From contig OZ024746.1 of the NCBI GenBank assembly GCA_964016885.1, positions 55,986,001 through 56,050,000 on the forward strand: a stretch of 64,000 nt of DNA. The letters are read 5' to 3'. The notes under the pieces are model-generated. The model worked only from the letters and a program-made list of their open reading frames with translations. It was not told the DNA's origin and did no database searches. The stretch comes from Eledone cirrhosa (taxonomy: Eukaryota). The position numbers and the translations under genes are program-made. Each line of letters starts with the position of its first letter. Position 1 is the stretch's first letter. Below are positions 1 to 20,311 of this stretch, piece after piece.

Positions 1-507
1 CACTTGTTAATAACTCTGTTAATCTCTCTAATCGCACTTGCAATTGCCCTGTTAAAAATAAATGTCATCTCAACAACCATTGTGTTGAAAAAAATTTAAT
101 CTACGCATGTAAAGTTATATCTGACACCAATTCCTTTACCTATTTTGGCTCCACTTCCACTTCTTTAAAGCTCGTATTTATAATCATCATTCGTCTTTTA
201 AATACGAACTTAAAAGAACCAACACGGCACTCTCAGAATTCATATGGTCCTTGAAAGACAAAAATATTAACTATAACATCTCTTGGAAAAAGGTTTCTTC
301 TTCTTCATCATACTTGAACAGTTCTCTATCCAAGACATGTAATCTCTGTTTATGTGAAAAATTTACCATTATATCTAATTTAGATTCTATAATAAATAGA
401 CGCACTGACTTGTTTTCTCTCTGCTTGCATAAATTCCACAGAACATTCCATAAAGTATACAGTTAATATCTAATACTTTACCAATTTAAAATCCTTTTCT
501 CAAAGGC

Positions 508-538
<31 letters not shown>

Positions 539-1579
539 TCTTTCTTTAAACATATACCCATCTTTCTACCTTATTTCAATGTTATTTATTATACATTATA
601 TAATACTAGTTACTCATTCTATTTCACTCCTATGTATCACTTCCCTTTCTTTCTTTTCCCTTTTTCTTTTCTTTTCTGTTTCTTTTAATTTCTAACCCCT
701 ATTCTGTATATTTTCTTCCTAGACACTTCTCAATTATCATTGTGCCTAACGTAGAAACAATTATTACACAGCACAATATATTATTACTTTATATCACCTT
801 AAAAAAATCCTTCGTAAACATAAATATTTTTTTGACTTTAGATTATTCATCCTCAATTCATTATTTTTTTTTCTGCCTTTCCTGCTCATCTAACTAATAC
901 ATATTACACTTATTCATCCTCTCTTCTACTACTTTCACAATATATCCTTAATTACATTACTATTGCTATGTTTTTATATTTTTTAATAATACCTATCAAC
1001 AATTTCTTTCCATCTCACATATTATTAAACCCTTAAATATTATTCTTGATACATATTAACAATTTCTTTTCATCGCACATATTATTAAACCCTTAAATAT
1101 ACAAACCTTAATTTAACATTATTCTTAAATTTTTCTCTTCGTTAATTTTCAAATTATTTCAATTTATATATTATCTTCCAACGGTTTTTCAACCTCTCTA
1201 TGTAAAACAATATATTTTTCTCAGTTATAAAAGCTATCTCTCCCTCTCTCTATGACCCATCACTCCTCCTATCTCATCCTACCTCATTATACTCCTCCCC
1301 CTCCACTTTTTACTCTCATCTCATCCTCTTTTTCATCCTTTCCACCCCACCCCCCGTCAATTTTTATCCAATATCACACATCAATCTAAAACTACTTTTC
1401 ATATGTTGATTTAAAACTGCACTATTCACAAGTGTGTTTTAACCTTCATATCTTGTCTCCCTATTTTATCTGACGAAAACGCAAATGTTATTGCATGATG
1501 ATATTTGTTTTTGAAATGCGCATAATAACATACATGGAACTCCTTTAACCATCTTTTGATCATATATTTTATTATATTC

Positions 1580-1580
<1 letters not shown>
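1..1580 (+). mobile_element. 3' part of Naiad-like Penelope-like element (GIY-YIG C-terminus + 3' UTR/pLTR), copy A
   Basis: Translation gives CNCPVKNKC..., LIYACKV...YFGSTSTS (GIY-YIG-like), CNLCLCEK and RRTDLFSLCLHK. It is near-identical to 16758-18335, has an HHR near the 3' end and ends at (TA)n. Confidence 0.85.
1462..1532 (+). ncRNA. Type I hammerhead ribozyme
   Basis: TATTTTAT-CTGACGA-stem II hairpin-GAAA-TGCGCA (palindrome)-TA^-ATAACATA; stem I pairs at 7 of 8 positions. Confidence 0.75.
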
Positions 1581-1618
<38 letters not shown>

Positions 1619-1748
1619 AATATGTATATATAAATATATATATATATATTTATATATATATATATATATGTAAATATATATATATATATATATATGTAAA
1701 TATATATATATATATATATATATAAATATGTGTATATAAATATATATG

Positions 1749-1782
<34 letters not shown>

Positions 1783-1932
1783 TGCATATATATATATAAA
1801 TGTATATATATGTATATATATATGTATATATATATATATAAATGTATATATATGTATATATATATGTATATATATATATATGTATTTATATATGTATATA
1901 TATATAAATGTATATATATTTATATATATATT

Positions 1933-1971
<39 letters not shown>

Positions 1972-2006
1972 GTATATATATATGTGTGTATATATATATG
2001 TATATA

Positions 2007-2041
<35 letters not shown>

Positions 2042-2086
2042 GTATATATATATATATATATATATATATAAGTATATATATATGTA

Positions 2087-2117
<31 letters not shown>

Positions 2118-2136
2118 ATATATATGAATATATATG

Positions 2137-2168
<32 letters not shown>

Positions 2169-2220
2169 TACATGTATATATATATATGTATCTATATATA
2201 TATATATGTATATATATATT

Positions 2221-2251
<31 letters not shown>

Positions 2252-2260
2252 TTATATATG

Positions 2261-2305
<45 letters not shown>

Positions 2306-2450
2306 CTATATATATATATATATGTATCTCTATATATATGTTTATATATATTTATATATCTGTATATATATATATATTTATATATATATATATATATATA
2401 TGTATCTATATACATATATGTATCTCTATGTATATGTTTATATATATTTA

Positions 2451-2490
<40 letters not shown>
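1581..2490. repeat. Interrupted (TA)n microsatellite
   Basis: TA runs with TG/TT interruptions. Confidence 0.97.
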
Positions 2491-2495
<5 letters not shown>

Positions 2496-2898
2496 TAAAA
2501 TAACAGATTAAAATTTAAGAAAAGAATCGCTGCTTTCACCCTTAACGTGATCTTCTGAAACTAACAAAGTCAATCTGTAAACGCAGAACTGGATATTTCA
2601 AAAAACGTTGCAACCGGAGGAAGACAGGAAGACGATACTTTGGTTCATGGTGACGTTCGCAGGCAAAGAACGGGAAAAAACGAATAATACGTCATTAATA
2701 GGAGCGGTGAAAAACAATTACGTGCAAGGACAGAACCACGTTTCAGAAGATCCCGTTAAGGGTGAAAGCAGCGATTCTTTGCTTAAACTTTAATCTGTTA
2801 TTTTAATAAATATTTGCTCTTCGGTTCTTATATATTTGATATATATTTTCCTTATCGAGCCCTCTCTGGATTTTAGTCTTCAATTTAATTATTATTAC
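2491..2898. mobile_element. ORF-less foldback pLTR derivative of the PLE family at 54999-58262
   Basis: 2491-2750 matches 55088-55340. 2741-2898 is the inverted copy and matches the reverse complement of 54999-55157. It carries the CAGAAGA HHR-like motif on both strands and is flanked by (TA)n. Confidence 0.8.
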
Positions 2899-2943
<45 letters not shown>

Positions 2944-2993
2944 GTATCTCTATATATATGTTTATATATATTTATATATGTGTATATATATAA

Positions 2994-3069
<76 letters not shown>

Positions 3070-3070
3070 C

Positions 3071-3111
<41 letters not shown>

Positions 3112-3114
3112 GTA

Positions 3115-3154
<40 letters not shown>

Positions 3155-3250
3155 AATGTATCTATATATATATATGTATCTATATATATATATGTTTATA
3201 TATATATATATGTATATTTATATATATGTGTTTATATATATATATATGTT

Positions 3251-3283
<33 letters not shown>

Positions 3284-3297
3284 GTATATATATATAT

Positions 3298-3351
<54 letters not shown>

Positions 3352-3391
3352 ATAATAATAAATTTGAAGACTAAAATCCAAAGTTATTTTA

Positions 3392-3449
<58 letters not shown>

Positions 3450-3458
3450 ATATATATA

Positions 3459-5016
3459 CCAGATAGAAAAATGCGTACACCAAAAAAAAGTAATATTGTT
3501 GGAACATAAACCTTTAAAAATACAGGACAAAAACTAAAATAAAACTTGTACAGTGGTGCTTTTCCGCTATTTTCTGTAGCCTTGCAAAGAGACTCTTCCC
3601 CTGTTTTTCCGGTTTTGTGCCTCGAATGGGCACTTTGTCCTTAATTTACGAATAAATGATTAATAAAAAATACTTGGGCAAAAATTATTGTATTACTTTG
3701 CACAGCTTTGTAGTGCCAACGGTGCGACGAGGATTCACATCATTAGAGCCGACATGAACCACCAATACTTTCACAAAAGGACAATAGATAACAATGTTGC
3801 CGATTAACATTACCTGGCCCTGACGGGCCCCAGGTATACAAACTATCTAAGTATTTTTGTTGGTATGATAAGTAAATACATTTGAATTAATATTTTTATA
3901 CCTTCTGGTCATTCGATGTCGCCACATTTCTAATTATTGATTTGTAAAAACTGGGATGAATGTTAATTTGATCAGTCCAATTGCCCGATTTTAGTGAAAA
4001 ATTTTGATTCGAAATGGAAATACTCCATTTCCGTGCCATGGAAAAAATGAATAAGCCGATCAAAAAGCCGCGAAACATCATTTTTAATTGAGCGAAATTA
4101 GTGGATGCAAATCTCAGAAAATATTGTACACTATTCGCACCTATGGCACTATTCGCACCTATCGGTACAAAAATATAGCGCACTATTCGCACCTATCGGT
4201 ACAAAAAATCGCACGACTGATAATAATACGAGAAGGGCAAACTATCTGTTGAATACCTGGTATATGAAGAGCAACCGACACGATCGGTTGGTGATCGGTC
4301 TTGAAGAAGAATGAAGAATGAAGTGAAATTTTGGTCTGCTTGTTGTCATCGGTGTTTCGCAGAGATGCCGGCACGAACAAAGGTCTCAGTGACACAAAGT
4401 TGTCCGCCCGCTTGAACAAAGGTGTCAGTCAGACAGATAGTCAGACAGTATCACAGTCGGTGCGACAGAGCGATCGATGCGATTAAAAAAAATTTAACTC
4501 ACATGTTTACCTATATTTTCGCAAACTATTGATAGATTGGTACAAAAAATAGCTTTGATAATAAACATAATTTTTTAACGAAGTATTTAAAAAGCATTTT
4601 AGCAGTGAAAAGTGAAGTAATGTTCCACACTGACGCAAGTAGGGCCGTTCAGAAATGACGAAGTAAATTAGAAGGAGGGGATTCGGCGATTTGACTACAT
4701 TTGACTAACACAATCACCATCACAAGAGTTCCGCCGAAAAAAATTCGTCATTTCTGGATTACCTCCCATAGCGTCACACTTACTACTCACTCACTTGAAC
4801 ACAAGATTTATCAGAAAACTTTGATTATAAACTTTTTCATGCTGGACCAAATTTCTAGATTTTTAAGGCAAAAGATGCGTAATGATCTACTGTTCATGCT
4901 CATATAAGTTTTATCTCAGTTAAATAAAGTAGAGCCGCGCTGTACTGTCGTAAACAGACGATTGCCAACGAAAACACGACCACAACACTATTACTAACCG
5001 GACTATCGTCCGTTTA

Positions 5017-5020
<4 letters not shown>
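3459..5020. repeat. Unclassified non-coding unit (possibly non-autonomous DNA-transposon-derived) with minisatellite and internal inverted repeats
   Basis: Duplicated at ~20320-21915. Contains the hairpin CCTGGCCC-TGAC-GGGCCCCAGG (~3833-3854), a CACTATTCGCACCTAT minisatellite (~4130-4208) and a TIR-like pair at 4641-4765. Confidence 0.4.
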
Positions 5021-5060
<40 letters not shown>

Positions 5061-5091
5061 ATATGTATATATATATATGTATATATATATG

Positions 5092-5124
<33 letters not shown>

Positions 5125-5125
5125 T

Positions 5126-5347
5126 ATAGGAACGATCGACTTTCGTCAAATCGGACCGAGGGAACAATGTTTCCGTTGGTCTTTCCAATTGCTAATACTA
5201 TCTATCGGTCGCAGCTCCAGGTAGAAGGAGCAACGTGAAATAAAGTGTCTTGCTCAAGGACATAACGCATCGCCTGGTCCAGGAATCGAACTCACAACCT
5301 TACGATTGCGAATCCAATTCTCTAACCACTCAGCCACACGCCTTCAC
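5126..5347 (-). mobile_element. tRNA-derived SINE (family 1)
   Basis: Minus strand reads GGCGTGTGGCTGAGTGG (A box), GTTCGATTC (B box), then TGTCCTTGAGCAAGACACTTTA (CORE-like). Near-identical to 49900-50116. Confidence 0.85.
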
Positions 5348-5348
5348 G

Positions 5349-5601
<253 letters not shown>

Positions 5602-5664
5602 GTATATATGTATATATATATGTATATATATATATGTATATATATATATGTATAAATATATACG

Positions 5665-5749
<85 letters not shown>

Positions 5750-5760
5750 GTATATATATG

Positions 5761-5802
<42 letters not shown>

Positions 5803-5824
5803 TATATGTATATAAATATATATG

Positions 5825-5943
<119 letters not shown>

Positions 5944-6024
5944 GTATATATATATATGTATATATATATATATGTATATATGTATATATATATATGTATA
6001 TATATATATGTATAAATATATACG

Positions 6025-6226
<202 letters not shown>

Positions 6227-6261
6227 GTATAAATATATACGTATATATGTATAAATATATA

Positions 6262-6722
6262 CGTAACTTAACTTTGAATAACTTTGAAATGTTTTGGCCA
6301 GTATTGGCCCAGGCCATGTCTAACTTAATAGCACCACCTGGCGAAGTCTTTCAATTCAGGATTTGGGCACCATGGCCCATTCGAGAAGAGAATTACTGTT
6401 TGCGGAGACATATCCGGGTGTGGGTGGTTTGTCCGGGATTACTTGGAGGAGTTTGTCCAAAGACTTGTTGAATTTTGTGTGGTCAGTTTCTGTTTTGACG
6501 TGTCCTGGTGTGATGTTGAAGAGAGCAGGGCCGATTGAGGTGAAATAATTGTGCCGTATTGTTGTTATGAGTTGCGATTTAGATTTTTGAATGGGACGGA
6601 TAGCACGAGGCCCAAGCCTTGGGTGTATCTTGAAGGCGATGCCAACATCATTTGGGCAGTGATGATGGAACATTTTCCACATCATGCAGATAATATAACG
6701 CTCACGGCGACGTTGGAGTGAG
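6262..6722 (-). mobile_element. 3' fragment of CR1/Jockey-group LINE
   Basis: [19 protein letters not shown]...DKPPTPGY...NSL; same family as 34286-36080. Confidence 0.85.
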
Positions 6723-6745
6723 TATATATATATATATGGAGTGAG

Positions 6746-6800
<55 letters not shown>

Positions 6801-6801
6801 G

Positions 6802-7021
<220 letters not shown>

Positions 7022-7022
7022 G

Positions 7023-7239
<217 letters not shown>

Positions 7240-7247
7240 TATGTATA

Positions 7248-7564
<317 letters not shown>

Positions 7565-7575
7565 TATATATATAT

Positions 7576-7775
7576 NNNNNNNNNNNNNNNNNNNNNNNNN
7601 NNNNNNNNNNNNNNNNNNNNNNNNNNNNNNNNNNNNNNNNNNNNNNNNNNNNNNNNNNNNNNNNNNNNNNNNNNNNNNNNNNNNNNNNNNNNNNNNNNNN
7701 NNNNNNNNNNNNNNNNNNNNNNNNNNNNNNNNNNNNNNNNNNNNNNNNNNNNNNNNNNNNNNNNNNNNNNNNNNN
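7576..7775. other. Assembly gap (200 N)
   Basis: Run of N inside (TA)n. Confidence 1.
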
Positions 7776-7927
7776 TATGTATATATATTATATATGTATA
7801 TATATTATATATATATGTATATATATATGTATATATATATGTATATATATATATATGTATATATATATGTATATATATATATGTATATATATATGTATAT
7901 ATATATATGTATATATATATGTATATA

Positions 7928-8012
<85 letters not shown>

Positions 8013-8018
8013 AATATA

Positions 8019-8178
<160 letters not shown>

Positions 8179-8268
8179 TGTATATATATGTATATATATA
8201 TGTATATATATGTATATATATGTACATATATATATGTATATGTATATATATGTATATGTATATATATG

Positions 8269-8327
<59 letters not shown>

Positions 8328-8598
8328 ATGTATATATATGTATATATATATGTATATGTATATATATGTGTATATATATATATGTATATATATGTATATA
8401 TATATGTATATATATGTAAATGTGTATATATGTATATATATATATATATGTATATATATGTATATAAATATAAGTATATATATGTGTATATATGTATATA
8501 TATATATATGTATATATATGTATATAAATATAAGTATATATATGTATATATATGTATATATATATATATATGTATATATATATACATGTATATATATG

Positions 8599-8629
<31 letters not shown>

Positions 8630-8650
8630 GTATATACATGTATATATATG

Positions 8651-8681
<31 letters not shown>

Positions 8682-8742
8682 GTATATATATGTATATATA
8701 TGTATATATATATATATATATGTATATATATGTATATATATG

Positions 8743-8796
<54 letters not shown>

Positions 8797-8807
8797 GTAT
8801 ATATATG

Positions 8808-8866
<59 letters not shown>

Positions 8867-8905
8867 GTATATATATGTATATATATATATATATGTATAT
8901 ATATG

Positions 8906-8988
<83 letters not shown>

Positions 8989-9052
8989 GTATGTATATAT
9001 ATGTATATGTATATATGTATGTATATGTACACATATATTTATATATATATGT

Positions 9053-9240
9053 ATCTAAGGCGGGTAAAATTCCCGAGATCCATGGACGAATTCTCTCCAG
9101 CGGTCTCTGTCCCTCATTATCGCTGCCATGTCCTGCGTCTCCAACAGACCAGTGTCTGTCCTTAGGGCATCAACATACGTTAACCTAGGTCTTCCACTTC
9201 TAGTGTGTCCATGTAGGGGCTCCCAAAGGAGCACTGAATG
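9053..9240 (-). mobile_element. 3' end fragment of RTE-clade LINE
   Basis: [29 protein letters not shown]...MRDRDRWR, with the stop directly followed by (TA)n. Further copies at 31718 and 33773. Confidence 0.75.
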
Positions 9241-9299
9241 TCTATATATATATGTATATATATATATGCATATATATATATATATACATATATATATAC

Positions 9300-9351
<52 letters not shown>

Positions 9352-9697
9352 CTATATATGTCTATATATATATGTATATATATATATATGCATATATATA
9401 TATGTATATATATATACAAATGTATATATATATATGTATATATATATATATACATGTATAATATATATATATATATACATGTATATATATATGTATATAT
9501 ATATATACATGTATATTTATATGTATATATATATATATATACATGTATATATATATATATGTATATAGATATATATGTATATATATATCTATATTTATAT
9601 ATATCTATCTATATGTATATAGATATATATGTATATATATATATCTATATTTATATATATATATCTATATGTATATATATATATGTATATATATGTA

Positions 9698-9740
<43 letters not shown>

Positions 9741-9906
9741 ATATATATATATATATACATGTATACATGTATATATCTATATATGTATATATACATGTAT
9801 ACATGTATATATCTATATATGTATATATATAGATATATATATACGTGTATATCTATATATATTTATACATATCTATATATGTATATATATAGATATATAA
9901 ACATGC

Positions 9907-9931
<25 letters not shown>

Positions 9932-9937
<6 letters not shown>

Positions 9938-10236
9938 TATTGAAGTTTGCTTGAAGCATTGTGGAACAATAAGTAAATATCTTTAAGTCGTTTGGAAGCC
10001 TCGACAATGCAAATGGGTAAATCTCCGGGAAACAAGGTCCCGTGGTGGAGAGAGAGATGTAAGTGGGTGTACGTTGAGATGCGTGGTGTTTATAAGATGT
10101 GTGCGATGTGTAGAATGAAGGGAAGAGTATAAAGGAGAAAAATAAAAATAACAACACAAGAGAGAGTTACCTTGGGAGAGATTTAATAGTCCCTATATAT
10201 TTCGGATTCACATCCATCAACTGGGGCGGCACCCTA

Positions 10237-10240
<4 letters not shown>
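9932..10240 (-). mobile_element. Probable PLE pLTR remnant with degenerate HHR
   Basis: Minus strand reads CCCC-AG-TTGAT-GGATGTGAATCC-GAAA-TATA-TA-GGG (~10190-10228); flanked by (TA)n. Confidence 0.4.
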
Positions 10241-10327
<87 letters not shown>

Positions 10328-10330
10328 CAT

Positions 10331-10370
<40 letters not shown>

Positions 10371-10440
10371 ACATGTATATATATATATTTATATATATAT
10401 GTCTATATATATATATATATATAAATATACATGTATATAA

Positions 10441-10480
<40 letters not shown>

Positions 10481-10499
10481 ACATATACATGTATATAAG

Positions 10500-10530
<31 letters not shown>

Positions 10531-10533
10531 ATG

Positions 10534-10576
<43 letters not shown>

Positions 10577-10756
10577 ATATATATACATGTATATATATAG
10601 ATATATATACATGTATATAGGTATATGTATATATATATATAAAAATGTATATATATATATATACATGTATATATAGATATGTATATAAGTATATATATAT
10701 GTATATATATATATACATATACATGTATAAAAGTATATATATATATATATACAAAC

Positions 10757-10822
<66 letters not shown>

Positions 10823-10950
10823 ATATATGTACATGTATATATATAGATATATATATATACATGTATACATGTATATAGGTATATGTATATATATATAAAC
10901 ATGTATATATATATATATACATGTATATATATATATACATGTATATATAG

Positions 10951-11034
<84 letters not shown>

Positions 11035-11071
11035 CTATATATGTATAAATATATATATATATATACATGTA

Positions 11072-11102
<31 letters not shown>

Positions 11103-11103
11103 T

Positions 11104-11143
<40 letters not shown>

Positions 11144-11226
11144 AATATATATATATGTAAATATATATATATGTATATATATATGTATATATATATGTAC
11201 ATATAATATATGTATATTTATATATG

Positions 11227-11307
<81 letters not shown>

Positions 11308-11445
11308 GTTTATATGTATATATATATATATATATGTATATAAATATAAGTATATATATATATATATATATACATATATGTATATATATATAAATGTATA
11401 TATACATATATGTATATATATATAAATGTATATATATATATATAT

Positions 11446-11935
11446 TTCGTTTCTGAATTTGTTTAGCAAGAGTCTTTATCTGAAAACGTGTGTTTCAAAC
11501 CGATATTGTTATACCTTGGGAGGGTCATGTTGCTAATAAGAAGAACACGCACCAGTTGCTTTCACTTCAATTTATTATAATAAATTTATAAATTTAGAAA
11601 TTTATAAATTTCCGGTTGGTTGGTTGGTTCCAAAATGAGATGGTTGTTTATATATTGTCAAAGTTATTTCGTCACACATTGTGTGACATCTTCAGTGACT
11701 GGGAACAAATGAGGCACAAAAACAAAGAAAAGAATCCCTAGTCAATGAAGAGGTCACAGAATGTGTGACGAAAGAACTTTGAAAATATATAAACTACCAT
11801 CCGGTTGTGCAACCAAACAACCAACCGTAAATTCATAAATTCCTAAATTTATAAATTTATTATAATAAATTGAAGTGAAACATCTGGTGCGTGTGTTTCT
11901 TATTGGCAACATGACCCCCACAAAGTATAACAATA
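11446..11935. mobile_element. ORF-less foldback pLTR derivative of the PLE at 60250-61740
   Basis: Arms ~11503-11703 and ~11736-11935 are inverted and match 60250-60475. Each arm has an HHR motif. Confidence 0.8.
11657..11699 (-). ncRNA. Minimal type I hammerhead motif
   Basis: GTCA-CTGAAGA-T-GTCACAC-AAT-GTGTGAC-GAAA-TAAC-TT^-TGAC. Confidence 0.6.
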
Positions 11936-15430
<3,495 letters not shown>

Positions 15431-15539
15431 AAATGGAATAGAATGAAACGAAATTTCATTTCTCACTCTTAGTACGGCACTTAAATGTAAGTATGTATGT
15501 ATGTATACTTAAATGTAAATATGTATGTATACTTAAAAT

Positions 15540-18335
15540 TATAGTTTGGTACTTCTGAAATGATTGGCTGGTTCAATAAATTGAATAAGAAAAATGAACA
15601 AAAATTTATTCAATTTGATATTGCCAGCTACTATTCTTCTATTTCGCCCTCACTTCACAACAACTTTCGCTTACAAATATTCAGACATCACCAGAGATGA
15701 ACTTCACATCATTCTCACCGCACGTAAAACCATCCTGGAGTTCAACAATGAATATTGGACCAGAGCTGTTACCTTAACAACTTTGACATCACAATGGGAG
15801 CATTCGATTCATCCCAATTGACAGATTTAATTGGTATCTTTATTTTGAACTCTTTGAATCGGAAAATTGCTCAACTTCGCGGTGGAATTTCTCGTGACGA
15901 TGGACTCTTTACTATCTTAAATTGCAACATAGTTAACCTTAATATTATTAAGAACAATATACGTAATCTCTTTAATCAACATAACTTAAACATTGAATTT
16001 GATAACAGCATCACACTAGCTAATTTCTTGGATGTATCTCTTATTCTTGACACTGGCCTATATTACCCTTACCATAAAAACAATGAGAACCTAAATTACG
16101 TTAATTTTAAATCTAACCACCTCACTAATATTAAGAATGCTATAGTTAGTAATATTGGAAAAAGAATGTCTAATCTATCTTGTAATAAAAACATCTTTGA
16201 TGCTAACGCCAATTACTATAATAACGCGCTTTCTAAAGCCGGTTATCCTGATAAAATCACATATAGTAAAGAAACAAATTCTAGAAGATCTTACAGTAGA
16301 ATAAGTAATCATGATCATTCCAATAACTTTAATAAAAAACCTAGATACAAAAACATAATCTGGTATAATGCTCCTTTCTCCATCTCTATTAATAATAATA
16401 TTCCTAAATTATTCTTTAGTGCCTTAAATAAATGCTTCCCTCCCTCACATATCTATAGTAAAATATTTAACAAACACACTATACAATTCTCCTATTCGAC
16501 CTCCTCCAACATCTCCAACATTATCTCTAAACACAACAATAAAATACTAAATACTAAATCTCTTCCTTCCAACACTGAATATCATAGTAATAGTACTCCC
16601 GACGACATTGTTAACTCTAGGCTAGTTTCTGCAAACCCAAATACAACGTCAAACGCAACTTCGCTAAATGTTCTTAATCTCATTCTAAATCAAGAAACTA
16701 TTATTCCTATCGTAAATAACTTCTCCCATCCAATCTCTTCTATAGATAACACTGGGTCACTTGTTAATAACTCTGTTAATCTCTCTAACGGCACTTGCAA
16801 TTGCCCTGTTAAAAATAAATGTCATCTCAACAAACCATTGTGTTGAAAAAAATTTAATCTACGCATGTAAAGTTATATCTGACACCAATTCCTTTACCTA
16901 TTTTGGCTCCACTTCCACTTCTTTAAAGCTCGTATTTATAATCATCATTCGTCTTTTAAATACGAACTTAAAAGAACCAACACGGCACTCTCAGAATTCA
17001 TATGGTCCTTGAAAGACAAAAATATTAACTATAACATCTCTTGGAAAAAGGTTTCTTCTTCTTCAGCATACTTGAACAGTTCTCTATCCAAGACATGTAA
17101 TCTCTGTTTATGTGAAAAAATTACCATTATATCTAATTTAGATTCTATAATAAATAGACGCACTGACTTGTTCTCTCTCTGCTTGCATAAATTCCACAGA
17201 ACATTCCATAAAGTATACAGTTAATATCTAATACTTTACCAATTTAAAATCCTTTTCTCAAAGGCATATATATATATATATATATATACATATATATTTC
17301 TTTAAACATATACCCATCTTTCTACCTTATTTCAATGTTATTTATTATACATTATATAATACTAGTTACTCATTCTATTTCACTCCTATGTATCACTTCC
17401 CTTTCTTTCTTTTCCCTTTTTCTTTTCTTTTCTGTTTCTTTTAATTTCTAACCCCTATTCTGTATATTTTCTTCCTAGACACTTCTCAATTATCATTGTG
17501 CCTAACGTAGAAACAATTATTACACAGCACAATATATTATTACTTTATATCACCTTAAAAAAATCCTTCGTAAACATAATATTTTTTTGACTTTAGATTA
17601 TTCATCCTCAATTCATTATTTTTTTTTCTGCCTTTCCTGCTCATCTAACTAATACATATTACACTTATTCATCCTCTCTTCTACTACTTTCACAATATAT
17701 CCTTAATTACATTACTATTGCTATGTTTTTATATTTTTTAATAATACCTATCAACAATTTCTTTCCATCTCACATATTATTAAACCCTTAAATATTATTC
17801 TTGATACATATTAACAATTTCTTTTCATCGCACATATTATTAAACCCTTAAATATACAAACCTTAATTTAACATTATTCTTAAATTTTTCTCTTCGTTAA
17901 TTTTCAAATTATTTCAATTTATATATTATCTTCCAACGGTTTTTCAACCTCTCTATGTAAAACAATATATTTTTCTCAGTTATAAAAGCTATCTCTCCCT
18001 CTCTCTATGACCCATCACTCCTCCTATCTCATCCTACCTCATTATACTCCTCCCCCTCCACTTTTTACTCTCATCTCATCCTCTTTTTCATCCTTTCCAC
18101 CCCACCCCCCGTCAATTTTTATCCAATATCACACATCAATCTAAAACTACTTTTCATATGTTGATTTAAAACTGCACTATTCACAAGTGTGTTTTAACCT
18201 TCATATCTTGTCTCCCTATTTTATCTGACGAAAACGCAAATGTTATTGCATGATGATATTTGTTTTTGAAATGCGCATAATAACATACATGGAACTCCTT
18301 TAACCATCTTTTGATCATATATTTTATTATATTCG
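15540..18335 (+). mobile_element. Naiad-like Penelope-like element, 5'-truncated, frameshifted (copy B)
   Basis: RT motifs FDITMGAFDSSQLTDLIGIFIL, GGISRDDGL, NFLDVSL, YYPYHK, SNH, IIWYNAPFS and KIFNKHTIQFSYS. The Cys-rich GIY-YIG C-terminus ends at 17224, followed by a 3' UTR with an HHR. Confidence 0.9.
18217..18287 (+). ncRNA. Type I hammerhead ribozyme (copy of 1462-1532)
   Basis: CTGACGA...GAAA-TGCGCA-TA with the same stems. Confidence 0.75.
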
Positions 18336-18493
18336 TATATATATATATATATATATATACACAAATATGTATATATAAATATATATATATATATTTATAT
18401 ATATATATATATATGTAAATATATATATATATATATATATATGTAAATATATATATATATATATATATAAATATGTGTATATAAATATATATG

Positions 18494-18527
<34 letters not shown>

Positions 18528-18677
18528 TGCATATATATATATAAATGTATATATATGTATATATATATGTATATATATATATATAAATGTATATATATGT
18601 ATATATATATGTATATATATATATATGTATTTATATATGTATATATATATAAATGTATATATATTTATATATATATT

Positions 18678-18708
<31 letters not shown>

Positions 18709-18787
18709 GTATATATATATGTGTGTATATATATATATATATAAGTATATATATATATATATATATATATAAGTATATATATATGTA

Positions 18788-18818
<31 letters not shown>

Positions 18819-18875
18819 ATATATATGAATATATATGTATATATATATATGTATATATATATATGAATATATATG

Positions 18876-18907
<32 letters not shown>

Positions 18908-18959
18908 TACATGTATATATATATATGTATCTATATATATATATATGTATATATATATT

Positions 18960-18990
<31 letters not shown>

Positions 18991-19001
18991 TTATATATGT
19001 G

Positions 19002-19054
<53 letters not shown>

Positions 19055-19197
19055 CTATATATATATATATGTATCTCTATATATATGTTTATATATATTT
19101 ATATATCTGTATATATATATATATTTATATATATATATATATATATATGTATCTATATACATATATGTATCTCTATGTATATGTTTATATATATTTA

Positions 19198-19287
<90 letters not shown>

Positions 19288-19292
<5 letters not shown>

Positions 19293-19696
19293 TAAAATAA
19301 CAGATTAAATTTAAGCAAAGAATCGCTGCTTTCACCCTTAACGTGATCTTCTGAAACTAACAAAGTCAATCTGTAAACGCAGAACTGGATATTTCAAAAA
19401 ACGTTGCAACCGGAGGAAGACAGGAAGACGATACTTTGGTTCATGGTGACGTTCGCTGGCAAAGAACGGGAAAAAACGAATAATACGTCATTAATAGGAG
19501 CGGTGAAAAACAATTACGTGCAAGGACAGAACCACGTTTCAGAAGATCCCGTTAAGGGTGAAAGCAGCGATTCTTTGCTTAAACTTTAATCTGTTATTTT
19601 AATAAATATTTGCTCTTCGGTTCTTATATATTTGATATATATTTTCCTTATCGAGCCCTCTCTGGATTTTAGTCTTCAATTTAATTACTATTACTA
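19288..19696. mobile_element. Foldback pLTR derivative (duplicate of 2491-2898)
   Basis: Near-identical to 2491-2898. Confidence 0.8.
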
Positions 19697-19789
19697 TATA
19701 TATATATATATATATATAAATGTATCTATATATATATATGTATCTCTATATATATGTTTATATATATTTATATATGTGTATATATATAA

Positions 19790-19853
<64 letters not shown>

Positions 19854-19854
19854 C

Positions 19855-19971
<117 letters not shown>

Positions 19972-20066
19972 GTATCTATATATATATATGTATCTATATA
20001 TATATATGTTTATATATATATATATGTATATTTATATATATGTATATATATATATATATATATGTT

Positions 20067-20120
<54 letters not shown>

Positions 20121-20123
20121 TAT

Positions 20124-20175
<52 letters not shown>

Positions 20176-20216
20176 ATAATAATAAATTTGAAGACTAAAA
20201 TCCAAAGTTATTTTAA

Positions 20217-20311
<95 letters not shown>

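Noticed and set aside
5270-5347. tRNA gene
   Set aside because: The A and B boxes continue into a SINE body shared by three copies, and the cloverleaf acceptor stem is not convincing.
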